From an uncultured Bacteroidota bacterium (GTDB taxonomy: Bacteria; Bacteroidota; Bacteroidia; JABEUT01): a DNA stretch of 64,000 nucleotides. Positions 40,912-49,210 of this stretch are shown here, in pieces. The stretch spans positions 381 through 64,380 of the forward strand of contig CAIWVW010000086.1 in assembly GCA_903916255.1 (NCBI GenBank). The letters are read 5' to 3'. The notes under the pieces are model-generated. The model was given only the letters and a program-made list of their open reading frames with translations. It ran no database searches and was not told the DNA's origin. Made by a program: the position numbers and the translations under genes. Positions within the stretch are counted from its first letter, which is position 1; each line of letters opens with the position of its first letter.

Positions 40912-40942
40912 TCGTCATTGTGAGGCTTTGCGAAGCAATCTT
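40912..40942. repeat. Single-arm copy of the GTCATTGCGAGG..CGAAGCAATC element
   Basis: tcgtcattgtgaggctttgcgaagcaatctt sits immediately after the mpl stop. One mismatch (gtg versus gcg) to copies A and C. Confidence 0.65.
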
Positions 40943-41180
40943 ACTAATCCGCTTATTTATTCGGGACTAGTGCGATGTAAAATACGAATAATACAAACAC
41001 TATTACAAACGCTCGCAGCAGCCATTCCCTGAAATCTATTTCTTCTTTAACTTTCATACTCTTTATTATTAAAGTATAGCATGAAATCCAAAAACAAAAG
41101 TATTTCGGCAAAATGAACTCCAAATGAAGCCACAGCCGGTCGGCATTAGAAAGTGTTAAAGGCCCTTGCCAGACATGCAA

Positions 41181-41253
41181 ATAGTGTTGTTCGTCATTGC
41201 GAGGCTTTGCGAAGCAATCTCATTAGCAATAGTAGTAGAGATTGCTTCGTTTC
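41181..41253. repeat. Compact palindromic dimer of the GTCATTGCGAGG..CGAAGCAATC element
   Basis: tcgtcattgcgaggctttgcgaagcaatctc, then a 17-nt centre, then gagattgcttcgtttctcgcaatgag. The arms are near-perfect inverted copies giving an RNA or DNA hairpin of about 72 bp. Confidence 0.7.
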
Positions 41254-41463
41254 TCGCAATGAGGGTCCGAGCCGGACTGGCAATCAGGTCAGCAGTTGCT
41301 CGAAAAAAGCACCGATTTGTTTTTCTTTATCCACAAAGTGGAGCTCTAAAATCCAGTGGCGTACCCCCGCTCTTGAATAGCATTGAACAATTGCTCTGCA
41401 ATTTTTTCGGCTTGGATGAGGTTGGTTTTGGTAGTGGAGGTTGGCATGGGGTGAGTGAAATAA

Positions 41464-42369
41464 TTATCTTAATAATTTTACATTTAATAATTTTTCGTCA
41501 TTAAATACTGGTATTTCCTTACTACCATTTGTTTTATAAAAGCCATCGCCACCCTCAAAATAGTAATAACCATTTGAATAACAGAACCAATTCTCACCAA
41601 TTTGAGGTTCCATAAATACTTTTTTCCTTGTTTTACTTTTCAATGAATATTGAAATATAGGGTGCCTACCTTTAAAATAGCCATTTAAATACAAAAAGGA
41701 ACTATCATCAACCCAGTATAATACATGTTTTAAGCCATCTACGCCCATTTGGTATACAGAATTTGCGCTATCAATTTTTTCTATTTTTCCATTTTTAAAA
41801 TCCATTAGCATCAAGTAGGTAATACCATAGGTAGTTTCGGTCAAATCTTTTGTATAGAAAAAAATTGCAAATTTTTCATTTGGCGATATGCATAAATTTG
41901 AAACATTAATATAGTTTGGCAACTTGATAGTATCAATTTTATCATTTAAAAAATTTAATTTGATAAACTTATCATTACCATCATACCTATGGTCACCAAT
42001 AGCTTCTGTCGTATCAGTATTGTATATGATGTAAGCATTATTATGTTGAATTGTAAATTCTAATATATTATTTAAAGAGGAAAGTTTTTTAGAAATCGTA
42101 TAATCTTTATTGACTTGGTAAATATTAATTCCATTCGTAAAATAAATAATTCCATTTTTAGACACATCCCATTCTGTGATGAAATTTATCATTTCAGTTT
42201 TCAAAAATGAAGTGGAGAATGCTATCCGTTTAACTAATTTATTATTATTAATTATCTTAAAAATCGCACTATCCTTTGCTCCATAATCTTGAATTAAGAA
42301 ATCTTGAGCAAGTAAACAATTCGGTAAAAAAAGAAAAATTAGCAGATTAAACTTCATACTCAAAGGCAA
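41464..42369 (-). CDS. AT-rich secreted hypothetical protein (accessory island cargo)
   Basis: Signal peptide MKFNLLIFLFLPNCLLAQ. 301 aa with no recognisable motif. Coding GC is visibly lower than the flanking housekeeping genes. Confidence 0.5.
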   Translation of the reverse strand: MPLSMKFNLLIFLFLPNCLLAQDFLIQDYGAKDSAIFKIINNNKLVKRIAFSTSFLKTEMINFITEWDVSKNGIIYFTNGINIYQVNKDYTISKKLSSLNNILEFTIQHNNAYIIYNTDTTEAIGDHRYDGNDKFIKLNFLNDKIDTIKLPNYINVSNLCISPNEKFAIFFYTKDLTETTYGITYLMLMDFKNGKIEKIDSANSVYQMGVDGLKHVLYWVDDSSFLYLNGYFKGRHPIFQYSLKSKTRKKVFMEPQIGENWFCYSNGYYYFEGGDGFYKTNGSKEIPVFNDEKLLNVKLLR

Positions 42370-42514
42370 ATATAAAACTCTAAATTACTAAATATCCTAT
42401 TATTGGTTATCTTGACTTTAGTGGGTGCAAGATTTAAATTAAACTTCAATTTCCTTAACCGCAAAGGTGCGCAAAGAAAGGTGAAGGAGAACAAGGGGCT
42501 AAAGCCCCAAAATT

Positions 42515-42562
42515 GGCGGGTTTATTTATACCCCACCATAAATGGCGGGGCTAATGAATGAA
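42515..42562. repeat. Direct repeat 1 flanking the toxin-antitoxin cassette
   Basis: ggcgggtttatttataccccaccataaatggcggggctaatgaatgaa. Near-identical to the copy at 43071..43116 (ggggtttatttataccccaccataaatggcgggactaatgaatgaa). Confidence 0.75.
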
Positions 42563-42602
42563 AATTACCTATCTTTGCATGAGGAATAACTATAAAGCAT
42601 CT

Positions 42603-42794
42603 ATGACCTACATTTCAATAGATACGAATAAAAAAGAGGCGTTGCTTTTTTTAGAGTACGTTAAAACATTGTCTTTTGTAACTATTTATCAAAAGCCAAA
42701 CCGTGTAACACGGGCAGCCCTAGGTGAATCAAAAAAGGGGAAGACCAAAAAGCATAAAAGTTCTAAAGAACTTATTTCATCTTTAAATAAGTAG
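42603..42794 (+). CDS. Putative antitoxin partner of the YafQ-like toxin (small basic-tailed protein)
   Basis: 63 aa from the internal ATG (MTYISIDTNKKEALLFLEYVKTLSFVTIYQ...). The longer ORF-track start at 42558 runs into the flanking repeat. Stop is 3 nt before the toxin start, a typical toxin-antitoxin arrangement. No recognisable antitoxin motif. Confidence 0.4.
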   Translation: MTYISIDTNKKEALLFLEYVKTLSFVTIYQKPNRVTRAALGESKKGKTKKHKSSKELISSLNK

Positions 42795-42797
42795 GCC

Positions 42798-43070
42798 TTG
42801 TTTACATTACGCACTACCAATCAATTTCGAAAGGATTATAAGGTATGCCGTAAAAGGGGTTTAAATCTGGAGTTAATCAACGAAACATTTGAACTTTTAG
42901 AAAAAACAGGCGAGGTACCTGCTGAATATAATCCTCATAAATTACGCGGTAATTATTCAGGTTATTGGGAGTGCCATCTCTTGCCCGATTGGTTATTGAT
43001 ATGGTACTGCAACAAAAATAAAAAGGAAATTCATTTAGTAAGGACCGGCACACACAGCGACTTATTTTAA
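42798..43070 (+). CDS. Type II toxin, YafQ/RelE family mRNA interferase
   Basis: FRKDYKVCRKRGLNL...L..L...G.VPAEYNPHKLRGNYSGYWECHLLPDWLLIWY....KEIHLVRTGTHSDLF aligns along its whole length with E. coli YafQ (F.KD.K...KR...HxLxG...GxRxCHxxPDWxLIY...RTGTHxxLF). Confidence 0.85.
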   Translation: MFTLRTTNQFRKDYKVCRKRGLNLELINETFELLEKTGEVPAEYNPHKLRGNYSGYWECHLLPDWLLIWYCNKNKKEIHLVRTGTHSDLF

Positions 43071-43116
43071 TTAGGGGTTTATTTATACCCCACCATAAAT
43101 GGCGGGACTAATGAAT
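43071..43116. repeat. Direct repeat 2 flanking the toxin-antitoxin cassette
   Basis: Begins at the first nucleotide after the toxin stop codon. 44 of 46 positions are identical to repeat 1. Followed by four consecutive perfect stem-loops (ctaatgaatgaa/ttcattcattag, ccacggc/gccgtgg, gggct/agccc, aagccc/gggctt). Confidence 0.75.
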
Positions 43117-43254
43117 GAACGGCGGGATACCTTCATTCATTAGCCACGGCTTTTAAGCCGTGGTTGGGTTAATACAATACAATTGGTAGGGCTTTAGCCC
43201 TTAAATAAAAGCTAAGCCCCACCCACAAAGGTTCGCAAAGCCCGAAGGGCTTCA

Positions 43255-43411
43255 ATGTGAGTAGCCACAGGAGAATCCGGTGGTAAATAGTGCAGGATTA
43301 ATTGCAACCCTGAAAGGGTTGAATAAACAGCAATGTGTTTTTCTGTTCAACCCTTTCAGGGTTGCAAATCATTGTTTGGTTTATACCACCGATTACATCG
43401 GTGGCTACTCA
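43255..43411. repeat. 155-bp nested palindromic element (MITE-like / long hairpin)
   Basis: Outer inverted repeat tgagtagccac / gtggctactca. Inner perfect 22-bp inverted repeat ttgcaaccctgaaagggttgaa / ttcaaccctttcagggttgcaa. Each inner arm is itself a 7-bp hairpin (caaccct..agggttg). No ORF. Confidence 0.7.
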
Positions 43412-43485
43412 TATTTAAGTCCTCCGGACTTCGGTCTGTATTTAAACGGCCACCCACCCTGCCCATCCGGGGGATGGGGAATCTG

Positions 43486-43530
43486 TAAAAACAAAAAACC
43501 CTTCCATTTCTGAAAGGGTTTTATTTTATT
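43486..43530. terminator. Rho-independent terminator downstream of pnp (minus strand), usable bidirectionally
   Basis: aacccttccatttctgaaagggtt stem-loop with A-tract on the plus strand and T-tract on the minus strand (aaaacaaaaaa upstream, ttttattttattt downstream). Confidence 0.65.
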
Positions 43531-43538
43531 TATTGGGT

Positions 43539-43565
43539 AAGATTGCTTCGTTCCTCGCAATGACG
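43539..43565. repeat. Inverted single-arm copy of the GTCATTGCGAGG..CGAAGCAATC element
   Basis: aagattgcttcgttcctcgcaatgacga, the reverse complement of tcgtcattgcgaggaacgaagcaatctt. Lies between the pnp stop and its terminator. Confidence 0.65.
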
Positions 43566-43611
43566 AACTAACGTTTGCCAGTCGGGCTCCGACTGCTCGT
43601 CCGGCTCGGAC

Positions 43612-45834
43612 CTATCTGCGATGTCCGCCGCCACGTCTGTCGCCGCCGCGTCTGTCACCTCCGCCGGAGCGGAAACCGCCACCGTTGCTTTCTTCTTCGG
43701 TAGGTTCAGGCATGCCTTCAGGGCGTGGTAAAAGCACTTTACGTGATAATCTGTATTTGCCCGTTTTTTGGTCAACTGCCAACAGTTTCACACGTACAGT
43801 GTCACCTTCGTTAAAGATGCCTTGCATACTGTCGAGGCGTTTCCAGTCTACTTCCGAAATGTGGAGCAGACCTTCTTTTCCCGGCAGGAATTCAACAAAT
43901 GCGCCGAATTCAACAATGCTCTTTACTTTTCCTTCGTATTCGGTTCCGGGTTCAGGTATAGTAGTAATTCCTTTAATGCGGGCCAAAGCAGCGTCGATAG
44001 CTTCTTTGTTCGGTGAGGAAATATCTACATAACCCATTCCGTCTTTTTCTTCAATTACAATAACAGCACCGGTGTCGGCTTGTATGCCTTGAATAACCTT
44101 TCCACCCGGACCTATAACTGCACCGATCATATCCTTAGGAATCTTGATTTGGATAATACGAGGAGCATAAGGTTTGTAATCGGCATTCGGGCCGGCAAGT
44201 GTTTTAGCCATTTCGCCTAATATGTGGAGACGTCCGTTGCGGGCTTGTTCCAATGCCTGTGCAAGCACTTCGTAGGAGAGTCCGTCAATTTTAATATCCA
44301 TTTGGCAGGCGGTGATACCGTCTTTTGTTCCGGTAACTTTAAAGTCCATATCGCCAAGGTGGTCTTCATCGCCGAGGATATCAGAAAGGATAGCGAATTT
44401 ACCGCTCTTAGGGTCAGCAATCAATCCCATAGCAATACCTGCAACGGGTTTGGTAATTTGCAGACCTGCATCCATCAATGCTAAGCATCCTGCGCAAACA
44501 GTCGCCATAGATGATGAACCATTCGATTCTAATATATCAGATACGATACGAACAGTATATGGATTTTCAACTGGCATAACGGCTCTTAAGGCACGTAATG
44601 CAAGGTTACCGTGGCCTATTTCGCGGCGGCCTGTGCCACGCATCATCTTCGCTTCGCCGGTTGAGAACGGAGGGAAGTTATAGTGCAGCATAAAGTTATT
44701 TGTTCCGTCAATCACGGCTCCGTCAATTAACTGGGCATCTAATTTGCTACCCAAAGTTACTGTTGTAAGTGATTGTGTTTCGCCACGGGTGAAGATAGCT
44801 GAACCATGCGCCATTGGCAGGTAAGCTACTTCGCTCCATATCGGGCGGATTTCATCGCCTTTGCGGCCATCCAAACGCACTTTTTCATTCAGCATGCAAT
44901 CGCGAACGGCTTCTTTTTCTATTTCAAAAAAGTAACGTTTCATCATGCCTGCTTTTTCTTCTTTTTCTTCGTCGGTAAGGGTTGCTTTAAATTCATCGCG
45001 AACGGCTTCAAACCTTTCATTGCGGACATGCTTGTTGGCCAACCCTTCAGTAGCGATGGTATAAAACTTTTCGTAGCAATGCTTGCGCATATTTTCTTTC
45101 AAATGCTCATCGTTGGTTTCGTGGGAGTATTCGCGTTTTTCAGTCGCGCCTACCAACTTAGCCAATTCTAATTGGGCCTTGCATTGGTCCTTGATTACAT
45201 CGTGGGCCAGTTTCAATGCTTCCACCATTTCGGCTTCGCTGCATTCTTTCATCGAACCTTCCACCATGTTCAAATCGTTCATGGTTCCGGCAACAATAAT
45301 ATCTAAGGTGGCATTTGCGTTTTCTTCAAAGGTAGGGTTAACTACAAATTTGCCATCAATTTTAGATACACGAACTTCCGATATGGGCCCGTTAAACGGG
45401 ATATTGGAAACAGCAATAGCGGCAGAAGCTGCTAATCCGGCTAACGAGTCAGGCATAACCTTGCCGTCGGCAGAGATTAAGTAAACCAATACTTGGATTT
45501 CTGCGTGGTAATCATCCGGGAACAATGGGCGTAATGACCTGTCAATGAGACGGGAAATTAAGATTTCATATTCCGAAGGACGGGCTTCGCGCTTGAAGAA
45601 TCCGCCGGGGATACGTCCCGAAGATGCAAATTTTTCTTGGTAATCAACGGATAAAGGAAGGTAATCCATACCTTCTTTAGCGTCTTTGTTTGATACTACG
45701 GTAGCGAGTAACATGGTGTCGCCCATGCGAACCACTACGCTTCCGTCTGCTTGTTTGGCCAGCTTACCTGTTTCTATGGTAATAGACCTGTCGCCTTCAC
45801 CCGGAAGAGCGATTTTAATGTTTTTTATATTCAT
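43612..45834 (-). CDS. pnp: Polyribonucleotide nucleotidyltransferase (PNPase) with Arg/Gly-rich C-terminal tail
   Basis: Two RNase PH domains (GRREIGHG and further conserved motifs), KH domain ([10 protein letters not shown]), S1 domain ([15 protein letters not shown]). Then [23 protein letters not shown] at the extreme C-terminus. Confidence 0.95.
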   Translation of the reverse strand: MNIKNIKIALPGEGDRSITIETGKLAKQADGSVVVRMGDTMLLATVVSNKDAKEGMDYLPLSVDYQEKFASSGRIPGGFFKREARPSEYEILISRLIDRSLRPLFPDDYHAEIQVLVYLISADGKVMPDSLAGLAASAAIAVSNIPFNGPISEVRVSKIDGKFVVNPTFEENANATLDIIVAGTMNDLNMVEGSMKECSEAEMVEALKLAHDVIKDQCKAQLELAKLVGATEKREYSHETNDEHLKENMRKHCYEKFYTIATEGLANKHVRNERFEAVRDEFKATLTDEEKEEKAGMMKRYFFEIEKEAVRDCMLNEKVRLDGRKGDEIRPIWSEVAYLPMAHGSAIFTRGETQSLTTVTLGSKLDAQLIDGAVIDGTNNFMLHYNFPPFSTGEAKMMRGTGRREIGHGNLALRALRAVMPVENPYTVRIVSDILESNGSSSMATVCAGCLALMDAGLQITKPVAGIAMGLIADPKSGKFAILSDILGDEDHLGDMDFKVTGTKDGITACQMDIKIDGLSYEVLAQALEQARNGRLHILGEMAKTLAGPNADYKPYAPRIIQIKIPKDMIGAVIGPGGKVIQGIQADTGAVIVIEEKDGMGYVDISSPNKEAIDAALARIKGITTIPEPGTEYEGKVKSIVEFGAFVEFLPGKEGLLHISEVDWKRLDSMQGIFNEGDTVRVKLLAVDQKTGKYRLSRKVLLPRPEGMPEPTEEESNGGGFRSGGGDRRGGDRRGGGHRR

Positions 45835-45847
45835 GTGTAATGAGTTA

Positions 45848-45945
45848 AAAGTTTGTAAAGTAGAAAGTTTGTAAAGTGGGTAAAGCCGATAAGTTCATAA
45901 AGTGTATTACTTTATAAACTTTCAACTTTATGAACTTTATAAACT
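45848..45945 (-). promoter_or_regulatory. rpsO-pnp intergenic A/U-rich hairpin array (rpsO terminator / pnp leader processing structure)
   Basis: Forward units agtttgtaaagt (two copies) and aagttcataaagt, followed by reverse-complement units actttataaact, actttatgaactt and actttataaact. Position is analogous to the E. coli rpsO terminator t1 / RNase III site region. Confidence 0.5.
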
Positions 45946-46213
45946 AACGACGGATATCCAGCTTCTTGATGAGTGCTCTGTAACGAGCAATATCTTTGGC
46001 CTTTAAGTATTCTAACAGAGCTTTACGTTTTCCTACCAAATTTACCAACGACCTCTTGGTTCCCAAGTCTTTTGGGTTGTCTTTAAGGTGTTGTGTAAGG
46101 AAATTGATGCGGACGGTAAAGAGGGCAATCTGGCTTTCTGATGTGCCAGTTGCGGTTTCAGCGCCTCCGTGTTCACGGAATATCTGCTTTTTGGCTTCTT
46201 TTGTTAAGTACAT
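45944..46213 (-). CDS. rpsO: 30S ribosomal protein S15
   Basis: Full-length 89-aa match to S15 (MYLTKEAK..., GSxEVQIALLTxRIxxLTxHLKxHKKDHHSRRGLLxLVGxRRxLLxYL pattern). Confidence 0.95.
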   Translation of the reverse strand: MYLTKEAKKQIFREHGGAETATGTSESQIALFTVRINFLTQHLKDNPKDLGTKRSLVNLVGKRKALLEYLKAKDIARYRALIKKLDIRR

Positions 46214-46511
46214 TCTTTGTATTTTTTATTTAATTGGGCGCAAAGGTAGTAAATTATTGGAAACGCAAAGAAAATGTATGTTAAATGTTAAGAAGGAGGG
46301 ATTTGAGTGAGATGGAAGGGATTCAACAAGGCAATTCTTCAAAAAAGCGTCAGAACTCCATTAATCCCTTGTATAAACTCTACTCTATCCTCGTGCCAAT
46401 GAAATCCTGACGCAGTGCAATATTATGCTACTGGTCAGTACGAAACATTAAAAAGCGATTAATTGACTTTAATTAGTAGTTTGTTGTACCGAAAATACTC
46501 ACCTTTGCAAT

Positions 46512-47210
46512 ATGGAAAAGGCAAGTATATTATTGGTGGAAGACGAACCGAAAATGTCGGCCTATGTAAAAATGGGACTGGAAGAAAACCATTATCATAT
46601 AGATATTGCCATGGATGGGCGAACAGGAGCTGATTTGGCTTTGAGGAATAATTACAGCGCCATAGTACTCGACGTAAACCTCCCCGAATTAAATGGCTAT
46701 GAAGTTTGCCGCTTAATCAGGCAAAAAAAACCCAGGTTGCCTATACTCATGCTTTCGGCGTTGAATAAAATCGAAAACAAACTGGAAGGCTTCAATACCG
46801 GAACGGATGATTATCTGGTAAAACCATTCGAGTTTGCCGAGTTATTGGCCAGATTAAAAGTGCTGCTCAATCGTTCCGAGCTGATAACGGAAAAGAATAA
46901 AGTTTTGAAAGTGGCTGATTTAACCATGGATTTAGATTCGAAAGTTGTTAAACGCGGTAAAATTATTATTGAACTTACCCTGAAAGAGTTTAACCTGCTG
47001 CAATATCTTATGCAGAACAAAAACAAAGTAGTAAGCAGGGCAGAATTGCTCGAAAAAATATGGGGCATCAATTTCGATACCGGAACCAATGTTATAGATG
47101 TGTATATTAATTTCCTGCGTAAAAAAATAGATTTGCCATCCTTTCCGAAACTGATACATACCTATATTGGCATGGGGTATATTTTAAAAGCAGGAGGAGA
47201 TGCAGATTAG
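46512..47210 (+). CDS. OmpR-family response regulator transcription factor
   Basis: Receiver domain (LLVEDEP...D at the phospho-acceptor position in IVLDVNLPELNG...K in YLVKPF). Winged-helix C-terminus (LTLKEFNLLQYLMQNKNKVVSRAELL..., TYIGMGY). Confidence 0.9.
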   Translation: MEKASILLVEDEPKMSAYVKMGLEENHYHIDIAMDGRTGADLALRNNYSAIVLDVNLPELNGYEVCRLIRQKKPRLPILMLSALNKIENKLEGFNTGTDDYLVKPFEFAELLARLKVLLNRSELITEKNKVLKVADLTMDLDSKVVKRGKIIIELTLKEFNLLQYLMQNKNKVVSRAELLEKIWGINFDTGTNVIDVYINFLRKKIDLPSFPKLIHTYIGMGYILKAGGDAD

Positions 47211-48576
47211 GGAAAGGTTAACGCTGCGGTTCTCTTTAATTGTAACGGTTATTCTGGTTCTGTTTTCATTAGCTATTTATTATATTTTTTCTGTTTACCG
47301 CGAAGACCGGTTTTATGATGATTTGTATGCCGATGGGCTTACCGAGGGCCGCATGTACTCTAAAGACGTAAAGGAGATAGATACTACCATGCTCCGGATT
47401 ATAGATAAGAATACATTATTTACCCCTGAAACAGGGGTTGATGTGTATAGTGATTCGGGTAAATTGGTATACAGGTATCCGTTGGAAGTGCCTGCCCCTC
47501 CTTTATCGGAAAATTTATTTATCAAAATAAAAAGCAGTAATCAAATAAGGGAAAAAGATGGGAAGAATGAAGCCCTCTGGATATACTATAAAGGAAAGCT
47601 GGAAAATGCCATTGTATATATATATGGCTATGATGCCGTGGGATATGATAAGTTGCGTTTTTTAGCTGAAATATTGAGTATCGGTTGTTTTGTTGCGTTT
47701 TTTATCACCTTTATTTCGGGGTATTTTTATTCCCGGCAAATACTTCTGCCCATTAATAATATTATTAAAAATGTAAGGGATATTACCGCTTCCAACCTTG
47801 ATTTGCGACTGAAGGTGGGCAAAAACAATGACGAAATAGACAGGCTGGCGCTCACCTTTAACCAAATGCTGAACGGACTGGAGGAAGCTTTTGAAATGAA
47901 AAAGGATTTTATTTCCAATGCATCGCACGAACTGCGCACACCGCTCGGAATATTAATGGTTCAAATTGAAGTGGCGCTGCTCAGCGATCGTACATCTGTG
48001 GAATATAAGAAGGTGCTTGCCTCTATGCTGGATGATATAAAAAGACTGCGCCTGCTGATGAATGGGCTGCTGGAGTTGACAGAAGCAAGCATGAGCCCGG
48101 AATCGCTTAAACTTTATCCAATAAGGATTGACGAATTACTGTGGCAAGCAAAAGGCGATTTATTGAACCAACACCCGAATTATAAAGTAATCGAACGATA
48201 TACCATTATTCCGGAGAACCAGAAAAAACTGATAATACACGGGAATGAACTTTTATGCAGCGCACTCATTAATATCATGAATAATGGATGCAAGTATTCG
48301 CATGATAACCAGGTGTACATATCGCTGGAAGCAAAAAACGATGTGGTTACCATTACCTGCACCGATATGGGCATAGGCATACAGGAAGATGATATGAAAA
48401 AGATATTTCAACCTTTTTACAGGGGCGAAAACGCCAAATCATTTTCAGGAAATGGCCTGGGGTTGGCCCTTACGCAAAAAATCATTGAACTGCACAAAGG
48501 CGTTTTAGAAATAGATACCAAACTGAATGAATATACACGGGTAACAGTTATTTTGCCGATTCAGAAGGAGGACTAA
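47200..48576 (+). CDS. Sensor histidine kinase (two transmembrane helices, HAMP, HisKA, HATPase_c)
   Basis: H-box FISNASHELRTPL, N-box MNNGCKYS, G1 DMGIGI, G2 GNGLGLAL. Overlaps the regulator stop by 11 nt, so operonic. Confidence 0.85.
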   Translation: MQIRERLTLRFSLIVTVILVLFSLAIYYIFSVYREDRFYDDLYADGLTEGRMYSKDVKEIDTTMLRIIDKNTLFTPETGVDVYSDSGKLVYRYPLEVPAPPLSENLFIKIKSSNQIREKDGKNEALWIYYKGKLENAIVYIYGYDAVGYDKLRFLAEILSIGCFVAFFITFISGYFYSRQILLPINNIIKNVRDITASNLDLRLKVGKNNDEIDRLALTFNQMLNGLEEAFEMKKDFISNASHELRTPLGILMVQIEVALLSDRTSVEYKKVLASMLDDIKRLRLLMNGLLELTEASMSPESLKLYPIRIDELLWQAKGDLLNQHPNYKVIERYTIIPENQKKLIIHGNELLCSALINIMNNGCKYSHDNQVYISLEAKNDVVTITCTDMGIGIQEDDMKKIFQPFYRGENAKSFSGNGLGLALTQKIIELHKGVLEIDTKLNEYTRVTVILPIQKED

Positions 48577-48633
48577 CCCATAACTACTGACAATTTTATC
48601 GGCACTCGGAAAATGATTGTTACGAAATAAAAA

Positions 48634-49024
48634 AGCAGGTCTGTAAGCCGGATTCTGTCTACCCCTCATGACTGAGGCTGATTCTATCATTTATCTCATC
48701 ACACCGAAATGTGATAGGGCATTGCATTGCTGCGTTGCGCCTGCAACCTACCCACCAAGTCGGGCGAGCCACCCTAAAGCCCTGGCTTATTTGGTCTTGC
48801 AACTCCCGGGGTTTATCCCTACTGCAAGTTGCCCTGCAATATCGTGAGCTCTTACCTCGCGTTTTCACCCTTACTCCGCATTGCTGCGGGGCGGTTATTT
48901 CCTGTGACACTGTCCGTCACCAAACATTTACTGCCTGATGCCCCCTGTATTCCAGGGGTGGGATGCTCCTTGTTGTCCGGACTTTCCTCTCCGCATTGCT
49001 GCGAAGCGATAGAACGACCTGCTG
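48634..49024 (-). ncRNA. rnpB: RNase P RNA, bacterial type A
   Basis: Minus-strand reading gives the universally conserved elements AGGAAAGTCCGGAC (P4 5' strand), AAGGGTGAAA, GTAAGAGC.CAC, GGGTAGGTTGC and ACAGAATCCGGCTTACAGACC (P4 3' strand). P1 is formed by AGCAGGTC at the 5' end and GACCTGCT at the 3' end, followed by a T-tract. Length about 390 nt. Confidence 0.85.
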
Positions 49025-49210
49025 GGCGCAAAATTACTAATAAAAAAACAAAGCCAGTGCGATTATAATTCTGACGAAGGAAGTATCTCTTCTATAAAGA
49101 GATACTTCGCTCTGTTCAGGATGACAAAGCCATGTTAATAATAGAGTGGGGGAGGGGGGTAAGTATTAGTGCAAACCCATATATTTGCAGCTTTTAGAAA
49201 ACGAGCACTA

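Noticed and set aside
40953-41180. 75-aa minus-strand ORF between the Mur ligase and the AT-rich secreted gene
   Set aside because: Its 5' half is encoded by the palindromic MITE-like copy at 41181 and flanking repeat DNA. Only a 34-aa hydrophobic tail (MKVKEEIDFREWLLRAFVIVFVLFVFYIALVPNK) is plausible, and evidence is insufficient. The overlapping plus-strand ORFs 41153..41380 and 41166..41504 are likewise repeat artefacts.
42440-43420. Integron (attC-flanked gene cassette) interpretation of the toxin-antitoxin locus
   Set aside because: Imperfect inverted repeats and a promoterless-looking cassette are suggestive. But no intI integrase, attI or recognisable GTTRRRY core sites are in the window, and integrons are rare in Bacteroidota. 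Kept only as an analogy in the findings.
48659-49068. ORFs 48659..48910(-), 48711..48938(+) and 48829..49068(+)
   Set aside because: They overlap the RNase P RNA gene. They are GC-rich structured RNA and not protein-coding.
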